A DNA stretch of 34,786 bases from a virus (IMGVR_UViG_3300048577_000105:1-34786); one strand, 5' to 3'. Positions 16,010-26,032 are shown, counted from the stretch's first letter. Notes: generated by a model from the sequence alone, not told the origin. Made by a program: numbers and translations.

Positions 16010-16318
16010 TTATACTAAATTCTCTGCGCTCTTAAATACGTCTATATTGTCATATAGGAAATGATAAGATTGAGAAATATCATTAACCCCTTGTTGGTTA
16101 AGAATATCAATAGTGAAATACTTGTCATATGAGTTCTCATCACATGTAAAGGTATCTGTATATATTGGCAATCTTCCGGAACGTCTAGCCTTCTCGCTAT
16201 AGTAACCATATATAGTTATATTGGCTAGTTTGATAGTTGTACTTCTTGCTACATCACCTACTTTTACATAAGTGTAAGGTATACCTTGATTAGTTACTAA
16301 ATCTACACCAAAACCCAT
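16010..16318 (-). CDS. Hypothetical protein, possible tail-fibre-associated chaperone
   Basis: AAGGAG RBS; directly follows the tail spike gene. Confidence 0.7.
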   Translation of the reverse strand: MGFGVDLVTNQGIPYTYVKVGDVARSTTIKLANITIYGYYSEKARRSGRLPIYTDTFTCDENSYDKYFTIDILNQQGVNDISQSYHFLYDNIDVFKSAENLV

Positions 16319-16333
16319 AATAAAAGCTCCTTT

Positions 16334-19300
16334 CTATTTCCATCTTCCACGAGCTTGATATGAAACTGTAACCGAATAAGCTGTGCCGCTTGTACCTCTT
16401 CCAAGTTCATAGCTTGGTGGATTGCTCATTGTAGGAGCTGAGTTCTGTATTAATATGATTGAGTTGTTATTACTAGAATTTATAGAAATATTAACAACTG
16501 GAACCTCTATAAATGATACCGGAAAAGCCGGTAAGCTCTGCTGTCCACCCATACCAAATATAGAACCCCATGCGGTAGTAATTGCCTTATCTCCTACCGG
16601 TACTTTCTGAAATATCTCCATAATACCATTTGGGTATTTAATCCAATATCCGTAAGTATTAGAGCCATAAGAGGCGTTTGAGTTATCCCATACAGTTTTA
16701 CCGCCATTAGCTGTTAAGGTAGTTCCTACGGACATTGCGCCCATTATCATAACATTTGCGCCGGTATTAATATCTCCAGTATAATTCCTTATTCTTAAAC
16801 CGCCTTGTCCATGTTGTAATACTGTAACACCGTTAGCTCTATCAGTTGAGTTGGTCATTGTGTCAGCTCCAAAAGTACAATTATGAGTAACCCAATCTGT
16901 AGTTTGGCCGCCTTGGTGTATTAGTTTCATGTTGATAAAACCTTCATCAAGGTTATAGGAAAAGTCTTTAATCCAATTCTCACCGCCTGGATTATACAAA
17001 CCATCATGCAAAGATAGAACTGTAGAATCATATTTTGCTGAGGCAGTTCCTACAATTTCACCATATCCGGCAGTATTCCAACTATAGTAATTAGTTATCT
17101 GTAAAGGCTTTTGCATAAGTATGCCGCTATTATCTATAGAGCCGAAAATCTTACCGTTTCCGTCTTGCATCTGCATAGCGCCATTTGAGTTTGTTGTACT
17201 TCCTCCTAGTGTTAAGGTACCTCCGAATATTCTACTTGCTGATATAGTACCAGTAGTTATTTTACTAGCATCTAAATTATTTATATGTGCATTTGTAATT
17301 GATGCGTTAGCAATCTTAGCTCCGGTAATTGTAGCATCTTGAATATTGGCATTGCTTATTGTAGCAGAGGCTATTTTTGCCCCAGTTATAGTTGCATCCT
17401 GGATATTAGCTGCCGTTATTGTAGCAGCTGCAATTTTAGCTCCGGTTATGTTGGCATCTGCTATCTTTGCAGTAACGATTGTGGCATCCGCTATAATTCC
17501 ACTTGCTGCGGTTATAGTTCCGGTTACAATTTCATTCGCTGTGATTGTTTTAGTAGCTATCTCTCTAGCTGTTATACTGTCAGCTATAAGCTTAGCTCCA
17601 GTAATAGTATTATCAAGTATCTTGCCATTATCTACGGCATTAGCTGAAATTTTAGAGTTTGTAATAGCTCCGTCTGTAATCCCTTGGTTTTTAACTCCGG
17701 TTTCGTCCATTAGAACGGTTGTGCCGTCCGTTCCTCTTACTCTAAAACCATAAACTGATCCGTCTCCGTTTACATCACCTAAAGATATTCTTTCAACTGG
17801 TGTTGCCTGGTTGTCAAACACTTGAAGTCTATTTCCGGATATTTTAAGTTTTGAGTTATTACCTTGTATAGTTACTAGGTTAGTGTTTAGTGTTCCGGTA
17901 GAAATACTGCCGGCAGATACAGAAACAATTTTAGCTGAAGTAATAGAAGCATCTGCAATTTGTGCCGCTCCAATGGCAGCAGTTCCGATTTTTGCGGTTG
18001 TAATAGAACCGTCTTGTATTAATCCAGTTCCTATAGTTGCAGCTGCTATATTTGCTCCGGTTATAGTTGCAGAGGCTATTTTTGCCCCGGTAATAGTAGC
18101 GTTTGCTATATCAACATTTGAGATAGAGCCGTCAACTATCTTCGCACTTGTTATTGATGCATCTTGTATTTTTACTGTACTAATTGATGCATCTTGTATT
18201 TGAGCTGAACCTATAGCCGCAGTTCCGATTTTAACGTTAGTTATAGAACCATCTTGTATATTAGCTGTTCCTATAGCTGCGGTACCTATAAGAGCGTTTG
18301 TGATAGCTCCATTTGATATCTTAGCGGTACTAATCGCCGCATCTTGTATTTGAGCGGTACCTATTGCGGCAACACCTATATGAGCGTTTCCTATAGAGCC
18401 TTGCACAATATGAGCTGAGCCTATAGAAGCATTAGTAATTTGAGCTGCGCCTATAGTTGCATTTGCTATTTGTACATTTGTAATTGTTGCATTGGCTATC
18501 TTTGCGCCAGTTATAGAGGCATCACCTATTTTTGCATTAACTATTGAGCCGTCAATAATATCCGCAGTAGTTACCGCAACATTTTTTAGTTTTGAATAAT
18601 CTAAAGTTTGGATTTTACTGTCTGCAATCATGCCATCAGTAGTTGTTATACTGTTTACAGTATCAGCGGTATCTATTAAGTCAGAAGTTATATAATCAAG
18701 TGTTGTTAATCTATTAGCTAAAGTTATAACTGTTCTATGTGGTTCATTTGGGTACTCTTCAATTTTTATAGTTCTTTGCTTTTCTTTTATGCTCTTATTT
18801 TCATCTACAATAGTTATAATATCGCCTATATTAATATCTAAGAAAGAGTAATTACTATCCATTGAAGCCAGGTCTAAAATACTAGCTTTGTAGCTTCTAC
18901 TAGGTTTACACATATCTGAAAGCTTTGAGATTGCATCATCTTTTAAAGATTGTGGATCTGTGTATCTGTTATCTTCCCAGTAACCAGTCAATACTTTAGA
19001 ACTGTAACTATAATTTTCTACGTAGTTTTTACCGCCATTTACAGAGCTTATTGTTAATCCGTCTTTACCTAGTGGAATTAGTCTAGTATAGAAGTCATAC
19101 GAATTGCCTTGTACCTCTAAATCTTTTAGGTTTAATTTGTTTATTGCATATGCTCCAGTATCAGATCCTTTTCTGCTATAGATAGAAATTACTTTGTTTA
19201 AAGTATCGAAAGATAATTCAACCATCCATGTTTGTTCTATAGCTTGAAGTGAGTTCCAAACTGATTTATTTTTTAGCTGCAAGCTTCTCTTATTAGTAAC

Positions 19301-19657
19301 GCCGCTTTTATCTGTTGCACTCCATCCAGTTCCGGCTATAGCTAAATTGATAGCACTTAAAATCGTTACTGTACTAGCGTTAAAGCTATTAACTATATTG
19401 CCCCTTAAATCTTCAGTATTGAGTATTGCAAAAACTTCAGCATAGTAACCTTTTTTATTAACCTCTTTTATTAAAAATTCATCTGAAGAGGTTCTTATAT
19501 AGCTTTCTTCAACAACTAAAGAAGCTGTTTCATCATTCAAAGGATAAGAAAAAGAGAGCGTATCCTCTCCGGATAGCTCTCTAGTTATTTTTAAATCAAC
19601 CGTATTAAATAACGGCGCAGTTTTTATTTTTAAAGGACTATATAAGTCTAATATCAC
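16334..19657 (-). CDS. Tail spike / Tal-like protein with 10-residue repeats and a C-terminal fibre domain
   Basis: Follows Dit; N-terminal prophage tail domain (FYTRLIPLGKDGLTI, WEDNRYTD); repeats such as DASITSAKI; C-terminal YWIKYPNG...FPVSF...P.V...YQARGRWK gp53-like end. Confidence 0.88.
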   Translation of the reverse strand: MILDLYSPLKIKTAPLFNTVDLKITRELSGEDTLSFSYPLNDETASLVVEESYIRTSSDEFLIKEVNKKGYYAEVFAILNTEDLRGNIVNSFNASTVTILSAINLAIAGTGWSATDKSGVTNKRSLQLKNKSVWNSLQAIEQTWMVELSFDTLNKVISIYSRKGSDTGAYAINKLNLKDLEVQGNSYDFYTRLIPLGKDGLTISSVNGGKNYVENYSYSSKVLTGYWEDNRYTDPQSLKDDAISKLSDMCKPSRSYKASILDLASMDSNYSFLDINIGDIITIVDENKSIKEKQRTIKIEEYPNEPHRTVITLANRLTTLDYITSDLIDTADTVNSITTTDGMIADSKIQTLDYSKLKNVAVTTADIIDGSIVNAKIGDASITGAKIANATITNVQIANATIGAAQITNASIGSAHIVQGSIGNAHIGVAAIGTAQIQDAAISTAKISNGAITNALIGTAAIGTANIQDGSITNVKIGTAAIGSAQIQDASISTVKIQDASITSAKIVDGSISNVDIANATITGAKIASATITGANIAAATIGTGLIQDGSITTAKIGTAAIGAAQIADASITSAKIVSVSAGSISTGTLNTNLVTIQGNNSKLKISGNRLQVFDNQATPVERISLGDVNGDGSVYGFRVRGTDGTTVLMDETGVKNQGITDGAITNSKISANAVDNGKILDNTITGAKLIADSITAREIATKTITANEIVTGTITAASGIIADATIVTAKIADANITGAKIAAATITAANIQDATITGAKIASATISNANIQDATITGAKIANASITNAHINNLDASKITTGTISASRIFGGTLTLGGSTTNSNGAMQMQDGNGKIFGSIDNSGILMQKPLQITNYYSWNTAGYGEIVGTASAKYDSTVLSLHDGLYNPGGENWIKDFSYNLDEGFINMKLIHQGGQTTDWVTHNCTFGADTMTNSTDRANGVTVLQHGQGGLRIRNYTGDINTGANVMIMGAMSVGTTLTANGGKTVWDNSNASYGSNTYGYWIKYPNGIMEIFQKVPVGDKAITTAWGSIFGMGGQQSLPAFPVSFIEVPVVNISINSSNNNSIILIQNSAPTMSNPPSYELGRGTSGTAYSVTVSYQARGRWK

Positions 19658-19709
19658 TATAACACCACCTTAATATTTTCTTTTTATGGACTCCAATTCT
19701 CCGATTATT

Positions 19710-20396
19710 TTAGTACCATCTAGGTTTATATTTAACGTTCATATTGCAATAAACAGTATTTATAGAGGCGTTAACATTACCAGGTATTAATACCGGGAAG
19801 CTTCCGTCAAAGTCTCCATATTTGTTTGTTCCGTCTACTGTAACCTTGTATTTTTCTCCGTCTATAATGTAGGTCTTTCCGGATATTAGATTTTTAAGGG
19901 TAATTAAATTACCGCCTAGGTTTATTTGTATATTTGCAAAGTTAGCCATAGGCTTAACCTCTAATAGAGCCGGTAAGGAGCTTGTATTACCTTGTATATT
20001 AAGTGTTCTTGCTCCGGAGACGGCTTCGGTAATATAATCCTTGTATTTAAAGTTTGCTTTCAAGTTAATCTCAAGTTGATAACAAGTATTTGATAGGTAC
20101 TTAGATGTGTTAGAATCAAGAACACAATCAAAGTAAAATGATATGTTATCAAATTTAATAGTGCATAACTTTGTTGATCTAACTAAATTTGAGATATTTA
20201 AAAGGACTTCCTCTTCAGAAAGTCCCTCTACTGCTAAAACTAATTTTATAAATGTATAAGTCTCGTCTACATGCTCAACGTAGTAATTAAGCGCACCACT
20301 TAGCCAATTAGTATAAGTTCTAACGTCTGCCGTTTGTATGTCTTTATCAACTAGCTTTGCATTATAAACCGAGATATCTTGGCCGTTTATAAGCAT
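19710..20396 (-). CDS. Distal tail (Dit) family protein
   Basis: Between tape measure and Tal; IIDGE...V.VDG.NK, FP.L.PG.N, YKPRWY ending. Confidence 0.8.
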   Translation of the reverse strand: MLINGQDISVYNAKLVDKDIQTADVRTYTNWLSGALNYYVEHVDETYTFIKLVLAVEGLSEEEVLLNISNLVRSTKLCTIKFDNISFYFDCVLDSNTSKYLSNTCYQLEINLKANFKYKDYITEAVSGARTLNIQGNTSSLPALLEVKPMANFANIQINLGGNLITLKNLISGKTYIIDGEKYKVTVDGTNKYGDFDGSFPVLIPGNVNASINTVYCNMNVKYKPRWY

Positions 20397-20400
20397 TGTA

Positions 20401-23133
20401 TTATTTCCTCCTCTTTGTTAATAGAGCCGCTTGGTTCATAAAGTAATCTATATCATTTTTATCATTAAAATTATAATTACCGTTGAAGTTTATAACCGTA
20501 TTGCTACCCTTGCCGCCGCTTGTATCAACATCCATCTTATTTAATGTGTCTGCTAGTATTCCGGATAGTTTTCTAATCGGTAATACTGCCTCGTCTCCGG
20601 CTTCCCCTACTCCGATAACAGAAGGAGAGCTAAATATACCACCTTTTGCGTACCATTTAACATCCATAGTAGGGACTGGAAAAGAAACCCCCATAAAGCT
20701 TTTAGTAGTTGAACCGAATTTTACGTCCGGTCTAGGGAATTTTATATTTCTAAAGGGTGTGACAATGGCATCTCTTATCCTTCCAAAAATTTCACCGACC
20801 TTATTAAACAATCCATAAAATGTATTTAATGCATTATCCTTAATACTAGTCCAAATTCCTGAGACACTATTTTTTATTCCGGATGCTATATTTACTATGG
20901 TGTTTCGCATACCCGTTAAAATATTAGAGGCACTAGAGGAAATTCCGCTCCAGGTATTTGAGATAAAGCTCCTTAAACTATTGAAAATAGGTGATACCAT
21001 TCTAACCAATCCGGATATTAAATTACTGACCGTATTTGAGATACTAGTCCATATTGAAACCGCAGTATTTTTAATAGATGTGGTTATTGATGTCACTATG
21101 TCTGAGACCAACTTAAAACCGGTGCCCACCTTGTCAGCTATGGATTTTACTATAGTTTGTATTGTGTTGAGTATGAAGCCAAAAGCTGCGCTTATATAGT
21201 TCTTTATAATATTGAAAATACTTACTGTATTGTCTCTTATAGAGTTCCAATGTTGTACTATATATACAATCAAGAATCCAAGCGGGCCAGTAAATACAAT
21301 AAGTAATGTTGGCCACCAATAAGCAAAAAAGTTTTTTATGCCGGCAAAAATTGACGAGGTGGTGTTTGAAACTCGTAACCAGGCATTAGATACCGCATTA
21401 AATATTAACTGTCCAAAGCCTTTTATTTTATCAACTATGCCAGTGAAAATATTTTGAATCGAGGAACTTATTTCATTAAATTTTTGAGAGGTATAATCCT
21501 TTATAGAATTCCAGGTATTAGAAAAGAAGTCCGCTATGCCTCCAAAAATTTTACTTGTATAATCGCTAAGCTCTTTGAACTTTTTTGATAAGTAAGACGA
21601 TACTATACCCCACACTTTTAAAGTAGTCTCTTTAACCTTGTCCCAATGTTTAACGATAAGCCATATAGCAACGCCTATACCTATAAGCAAAGCACCAATA
21701 CCGGAAGCAATTAAAGCTCCTCTCATCATTCCGCCTACAATCTGAGTTGTTAAGCCTAAGGTCATAAAAGCTGTTTTAATAGCTGCTATTGTTGTTATGG
21801 TTTTCCCCACGATTAGTAAAAGTGGACCAATTGAAGCGACAAGTCCTAGGATTATTAAAATAATCTTTTGAGAAGTAGGACTAAGTTCCATAAACTTATT
21901 AGTTAAGTTTGTAATGCCATCTACAAAGCCTCTTAGAGTTGGAAGTACCATTTCACCGATTACAATACCGGCAGTTTCTAAAGAACCTTTAAGCTGTTCT
22001 AAAGACCCTTTAAAGTTATCTAATTTTGTTTTTGCCGTATCCTCTGCAGTAACTTTACTCATAGCGGCATTCATATCAGTTACGCCCTTTGTACCCTCTT
22101 TATAAAGCACGTTCGCCGCTCTAATGGCATCAGCACCGAAAAGAGTTTCCATTGTTGAAAGTCTTTGCGCATCTGTTAAACCGCCCATACTACTTTGAAG
22201 TAATCCGGATATTTCTGATAGGCTTTTTAAATGGCCTTGAGCATCATAAAACTTTGATGAACCATCAGCCATACTTAAACCTAACTGGTCAAACATAGCC
22301 TTTTGTGCCTTTGTCTGAGGCTGTAAATTCATAAGCATAGTTTTTAATGAAGTACCGGCATCTGAGCCTTTAATACCGTTGTTGGCGAAAAGCGACAAAG
22401 CTGTGGTTGTGTCATTGAATGACATACCAACTCCGGAGGCTACTGCTGCAACTTGAGATAAACCGAACTTTAATTCTCCGACTGAAGTTGCTGAGGCATT
22501 AGCTCCACCGGCTAAAATATCAGCCGCTTGTGCTACACTTAGCGAATCCTTTTTAAAAGAGTTTAGTACATTAGAAGCAACTTCAGCAGCATCTGCAAGG
22601 TCTAAATCTCCGGCCGCTGCAAGTGATAAAGCTCCACTTAAACCACCGTTTAATATTTGTGAGGTACTAAGTCCGGCTTTTGCTAATTCTTCAATTCCGG
22701 AAGCGGCTTCTTTAGCTGAAAATGAGGTTTTTGCTCCCATTTCAATGGCTAAATCGTGCATCTTTTTCATTTCTTCACCGGATGCGCCAGTAACAGCTTT
22801 TATTTTAGATAAACCCTCTTCAAAGTCTGCGGCGGTCTTTGTTCCAACGGCTCCCATGCCTACGATTGGCAATGTTAAATATTTTGTAAGGTCACTACCC
22901 ATATCTTGAAATTTCTTACCCATCTTACTAAAGTTCATTAGTGATTTTTGAGTACCGGTAAGTTTATCTTCAACTTTATCTATATTATTTCCTAGAGAAC
23001 CAAACTCCTTATCTCCAGTTATCAATGCCATTGACTTGGCCGCAGAGTGTAATCTATCCTCGATTAACTTCATATTATCTGTGAAGCTTCTTATATCAAG
23101 TACAAAAGAGGTTTTTATAACTCCTAAATCCAT
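20401..23133 (-). CDS. Tape measure protein (TP901 family)
   Basis: LTLPIVG.G, T.FSA.EAA.G..ELAKAG, KGSDAGTSLK core; W/F 11-mer repeats; WYAKGGIF tail; start moved to ATG 23133. Confidence 0.95.
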   Translation of the reverse strand: MDLGVIKTSFVLDIRSFTDNMKLIEDRLHSAAKSMALITGDKEFGSLGNNIDKVEDKLTGTQKSLMNFSKMGKKFQDMGSDLTKYLTLPIVGMGAVGTKTAADFEEGLSKIKAVTGASGEEMKKMHDLAIEMGAKTSFSAKEAASGIEELAKAGLSTSQILNGGLSGALSLAAAGDLDLADAAEVASNVLNSFKKDSLSVAQAADILAGGANASATSVGELKFGLSQVAAVASGVGMSFNDTTTALSLFANNGIKGSDAGTSLKTMLMNLQPQTKAQKAMFDQLGLSMADGSSKFYDAQGHLKSLSEISGLLQSSMGGLTDAQRLSTMETLFGADAIRAANVLYKEGTKGVTDMNAAMSKVTAEDTAKTKLDNFKGSLEQLKGSLETAGIVIGEMVLPTLRGFVDGITNLTNKFMELSPTSQKIILIILGLVASIGPLLLIVGKTITTIAAIKTAFMTLGLTTQIVGGMMRGALIASGIGALLIGIGVAIWLIVKHWDKVKETTLKVWGIVSSYLSKKFKELSDYTSKIFGGIADFFSNTWNSIKDYTSQKFNEISSSIQNIFTGIVDKIKGFGQLIFNAVSNAWLRVSNTTSSIFAGIKNFFAYWWPTLLIVFTGPLGFLIVYIVQHWNSIRDNTVSIFNIIKNYISAAFGFILNTIQTIVKSIADKVGTGFKLVSDIVTSITTSIKNTAVSIWTSISNTVSNLISGLVRMVSPIFNSLRSFISNTWSGISSSASNILTGMRNTIVNIASGIKNSVSGIWTSIKDNALNTFYGLFNKVGEIFGRIRDAIVTPFRNIKFPRPDVKFGSTTKSFMGVSFPVPTMDVKWYAKGGIFSSPSVIGVGEAGDEAVLPIRKLSGILADTLNKMDVDTSGGKGSNTVINFNGNYNFNDKNDIDYFMNQAALLTKRRK

Positions 23134-23181
23134 CTTCTCACATCCTTTCAATGCGTTTTTTTGCATAAAAAAAAGACCAGG

Positions 23182-23415
23182 CTAATAGAGCCCGGTCTTA
23201 AATTTTTGTAAAGCTGAGTTATTTCTTTTTTCTGTAGGATTGAATATATCAAAGTTCGGTTGTTTATCGTTATCTATTTCGCTAATAATGTAAGCACATA
23301 CCTCGTCTAAACAATAGGCGGCGTATTCATCTTTGATATGAAGCACTTCTGACGGAAGCTTCTTAAACTTCCGGCTTATCGATATTAAGCTCAATACCTT
23401 TTGGCTCTGTACGAA
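23182..23415 (-). CDS. Tail assembly chaperone extension (gpT-like), probably reached by a +1 frameshift
   Basis: Overlaps the upstream chaperone in the +1 frame; frame opens just before CCT TTT CGT (23411-23419); no well-spaced RBS. Confidence 0.65.
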   Translation of the reverse strand, partial: FVQSQKVLSLISISRKFKKLPSEVLHIKDEYAAYCLDEVCAYIISEIDNDKQPNFDIFNPTEKRNNSALQKFKTGLY

Positions 23416-23773
23416 AAGGTTCTAGTTCTTTTACACCTTTTTGACAATAATTAAAGATTGCAAATCTTTGTTCATCTGTTAAGTACTCCGAAACCTCTTC
23501 GTAAGTAGGTTCTACTAAACTATTTTTAACAAATACATCAACTAACTTTGACATTTGTGTAATATCTATATCCGAGTTAGATTTATTGTTAGCGTTGAAC
23601 ATCTGAGAGGCTATTCCTAGCAATGCATTAGGGATTAATCCTCTTGTTGCAAGGTCTAGGATAGCAACTCTTTTAAGCCTAGCAATGAAAGGTTCTTCAT
23701 CCCATCCAGGGAGTGTAACCTCAACTCCATTACCTAACTTTGCTCTTATATCTTCAATTCTTGTAACGGACAT
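23363..23773 (-). CDS. Tail assembly chaperone (gpG-like)
   Basis: Between major tail and tape measure genes; G.IPN.L, LVEPTY, LTDEQ; start moved to ATG 23773. Confidence 0.8.
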   Translation of the reverse strand: MSVTRIEDIRAKLGNGVEVTLPGWDEEPFIARLKRVAILDLATRGLIPNALLGIASQMFNANNKSNSDIDITQMSKLVDVFVKNSLVEPTYEEVSEYLTDEQRFAIFNYCQKGVKELEPFRTEPKGIELNIDKPEV

Positions 23774-23832
23774 AATGTACATTCCTCCTCGTATTAATTG
23801 ATTTACTAATACAAGTATTCCCCTTTTAAAAA

Positions 23833-24399
23833 TTAAACTGTTGGCAAAGCGGATATAAAATCTATATCATATAGAGGTAAAGCCGCCTTTGTGTTTTCTC
23901 TTGCTTTAATGTTAAACTCCGGAGCATAGAACTCACCATTTTTAAAAGCGAATCCTGGTGCAGTACCTTCACACTTACCAAGTGTTATTTTTACATAACC
24001 CTTTGTAGAATCGCCCTCAACATCTTCAACATAAACCTCTAATTTAAAAGGCTTAATTGTCTTACCTTCAGTGCCTTTTGGAGTAGAATAACCAGTCACA
24101 TTATTTTGAGCATCTTTCTTAATTGTTCCTCCATCAAGTAATTGAATGAAGTTAAGATCAAACTTGTTATCTTTTAGCTTTACATCAAAGCCGTAAACTA
24201 AATCTTGAGTTCTTGCTACTGCTAAAATCTTATCTGAATTTCTTAATATTTTTTCATCACCTTTTGACACAACTGGATCTAATGAAATTTCTTCAGCCGT
24301 TTCAATTACTATAGCCTTTGCTGTTGTATCAACTAAATTTGTGTTTATATCTAGTGGTGTTGCTACTACTCTTTTTACTCCATATAATATATCTGCCAT
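23833..24399 (-). CDS. Major tail (tube) protein
   Basis: 188 aa beta-rich protein in canonical position; FYAPEF.IKARE end. Confidence 0.8.
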   Translation of the reverse strand: MADILYGVKRVVATPLDINTNLVDTTAKAIVIETAEEISLDPVVSKGDEKILRNSDKILAVARTQDLVYGFDVKLKDNKFDLNFIQLLDGGTIKKDAQNNVTGYSTPKGTEGKTIKPFKLEVYVEDVEGDSTKGYVKITLGKCEGTAPGFAFKNGEFYAPEFNIKARENTKAALPLYDIDFISALPTV

Positions 24400-24401
24400 T
24401 T

Positions 24402-24737
24402 TTAAAAACTCTCCTTTTTCATTTTAAATTGAATTGATTTTGTATACGCTTGTACATCTGTGTCCAAAAAATCGGGAGTTATATAGCCGGTAGGTTCTGC
24501 AACCTCTCTAATGGCTTCTATAACTCCCTTGATTGCTCCATCTATTGGAGCTATTGAATTTTGCGATACATATACCATAACTTCAAGGTACTGAAAAGCA
24601 CCTTTTGTATTAACTAAGCTTTGTTGCTGTTCATTAAACTTAATTACTAGGTATGTATCTTCGCACATACCATCCTTTTGACCTAAAAAATAGCTCGGAT
24701 ATAAAGCATTTAATAGGTCATAAATCTTCTTCCTCAT
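24402..24737 (-). CDS. Tail terminator-like protein
   Basis: Size and synteny. Confidence 0.6.
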   Translation of the reverse strand: MRKKIYDLLNALYPSYFLGQKDGMCEDTYLVIKFNEQQQSLVNTKGAFQYLEVMVYVSQNSIAPIDGAIKGVIEAIREVAEPTGYITPDFLDTDVQAYTKSIQFKMKKESF

Positions 24738-24743
24738 GCTTTA

Positions 24744-25097
24744 TCATCCTTTCGCAATCCTTTGCCACTGTCTAATAAAATCGACTTTATGCTGTTCTAT
24801 GGCTTTTTCTAAAATTGAATATTTCCTTTCATGCGCAAGCTCTAGCCATACCCCATAATCTACATGGTGGCTCATTGATATAACGAGCTTGTTAGCCTCT
24901 GCAAAACTTACATGAGCTTTTAAATTTCTCCTAGCTGTTCCGGTTCTATCTGTCCAAGGTGCATTTTGTTTCGCCCACGCTTCCATTTTCAAAGCAACTA
25001 CGTTAGTAACTGCTAATAGTGCTGTTTTAACTTTTGCCTCTTGAACTTCTATATTTTTTAGTACTGCATTCATACTGCTTATATCAATCTTTAGCAT
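24744..25097 (-). CDS. HK97 gp10-like tail-completion protein
   Basis: AKQNAPWTDRTG.AR and H.VDYG.WLELA motifs. Confidence 0.85.
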   Translation of the reverse strand: MLKIDISSMNAVLKNIEVQEAKVKTALLAVTNVVALKMEAWAKQNAPWTDRTGTARRNLKAHVSFAEANKLVISMSHHVDYGVWLELAHERKYSILEKAIEQHKVDFIRQWQRIAKG

Positions 25098-25462
25098 TTT
25101 TCAACCTCTAAAGTACATTCCCAGTAAATCTCATATTGAGAACTAGCAGAGGTAACTTTGTATTTTTTTGAATTGAGCATAAAAAAATCTCCTTCTTTGA
25201 TTTCAAAGTCGGAGCTATAAACAGCTAGTAGAGAAATTTGTTTTTCTGTTTTTATTGTAGCGGCATCCTTAAGAGTTATTGAAAGACTTGAGCTGCTAGT
25301 ATCAATAAAAGCCTCAAAGGTTGCTACAAGTGAAGGAGTATTATTCTTTATAAAGCCGCCTAGACCGTCAGAGACTTTATCCAATCTTTTTAGTTCTACA
25401 TTAGAAGGAAGAGCCTTAATAGCACGCTCAACTTGAAGTTTTATTCTTGTAGTGTTTAGCAT
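25091..25462 (-). CDS. Head-closure / head-tail adaptor
   Basis: SDGLGG and IKEGD.F.....YKV pattern; synteny. Confidence 0.65.
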   Translation of the reverse strand: MLNTTRIKLQVERAIKALPSNVELKRLDKVSDGLGGFIKNNTPSLVATFEAFIDTSSSSLSITLKDAATIKTEKQISLLAVYSSDFEIKEGDFFMLNSKKYKVTSASSQYEIYWECTLEVEKC

Positions 25463-25734
25463 CTATAATCGTCCCTTCTATCTGCTCTAGTAAGTCTTAT
25501 ATCTTTTGTTGGTCTGTACTTTCTAGCCAAGGTTAGCCAGTAAGCTTTATTACTAGGAATATTAATCTTGCCTAGGCTTAAAGAATCATCTTGAGCTTTT
25601 AATATTGCACCTTCATAAGTAGCGGCCTTTATGTCATTACTATTTGAATCTAGTAAGTGCTGTAGCTGCGTATCAGTAAAGAAAGGGAACTTTTCTTCTT
25701 GTAGGTTAAACTTTAAAATTTCTAATGTATTCAT
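25456..25734 (-). CDS. Head-tail connector protein
   Basis: LE.LKFNLQE...PFFTD.QL; synteny after capsid. Confidence 0.65.
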   Translation of the reverse strand: MNTLEILKFNLQEEKFPFFTDTQLQHLLDSNSNDIKAATYEGAILKAQDDSLSLGKINIPSNKAYWLTLARKYRPTKDIRLTRADRRDDYRC

Positions 25735-25889
25735 AGAGCTTCACCCACCTTTTTTTTATTTCGTTTGGATCCTTTTTCTTTTACCTTCTCGTCAAGCTCA
25801 AGCAAAGTAAACCCATGATTTTTATAGATTACTTCAAAAGCTTTTTGAGTGACTTCAAAAATCACCCCTTTTTTAGTTATTTTAATCAT
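25731..25889 (-). CDS. Small post-capsid protein (52 aa); absent from the ORF track
   Basis: GGGGGTG RBS; MIKITKKGVIFEVTQKAFEVIYKNHGFTLLELDEKVKEKGSKRNKKKVGEAL*; ATGA overlap with the next gene. Confidence 0.75.
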   Translation of the reverse strand: MIKITKKGVIFEVTQKAFEVIYKNHGFTLLELDEKVKEKGSKRNKKKVGEAL

Positions 25890-25908
25890 CCATACACCCC
25901 CAAAATAA

Positions 25909-25929
25909 AAACACCGCTAAGCGGTGTTT
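25909..25929 (-). terminator. Terminator after the major capsid gene
   Basis: AAACACCGCT-A-AGCGGTGTTT with a T-tract on the minus strand. Confidence 0.7.
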
Positions 25930-25932
25930 AAA

Positions 25933-26032
25933 TAAGAAGTAAACTTCTTTACTTCTTTGCTTCTAAAATTCTTTTTGTAAATGCTTTAAAAATAAGGCTT
26001 ATCATAAAGAAGTTTTCTTCTTTACTTCTTAA
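25933..26032. repeat. Distal parS-like arrays inside the head operon
   Basis: TAAGAAGTAAACTTCTTTACTTCTTTGCTTCTAAA and TAAAGAAGTTTTCTTCTTTACTTCTTAA; 17-mer at 25933-25949 is identical to 7403-7419. Confidence 0.75.

Noticed and set aside
16334-16700. Diversity-generating retroelement target in the tail fibre tip
   Set aside because: No reverse transcriptase and no template repeat found in the window
16422-22105. Several ORFs overlapping the tail spike and tape measure genes
   Set aside because: Antisense or alternate-frame shadows produced by repetitive, biased codon usage
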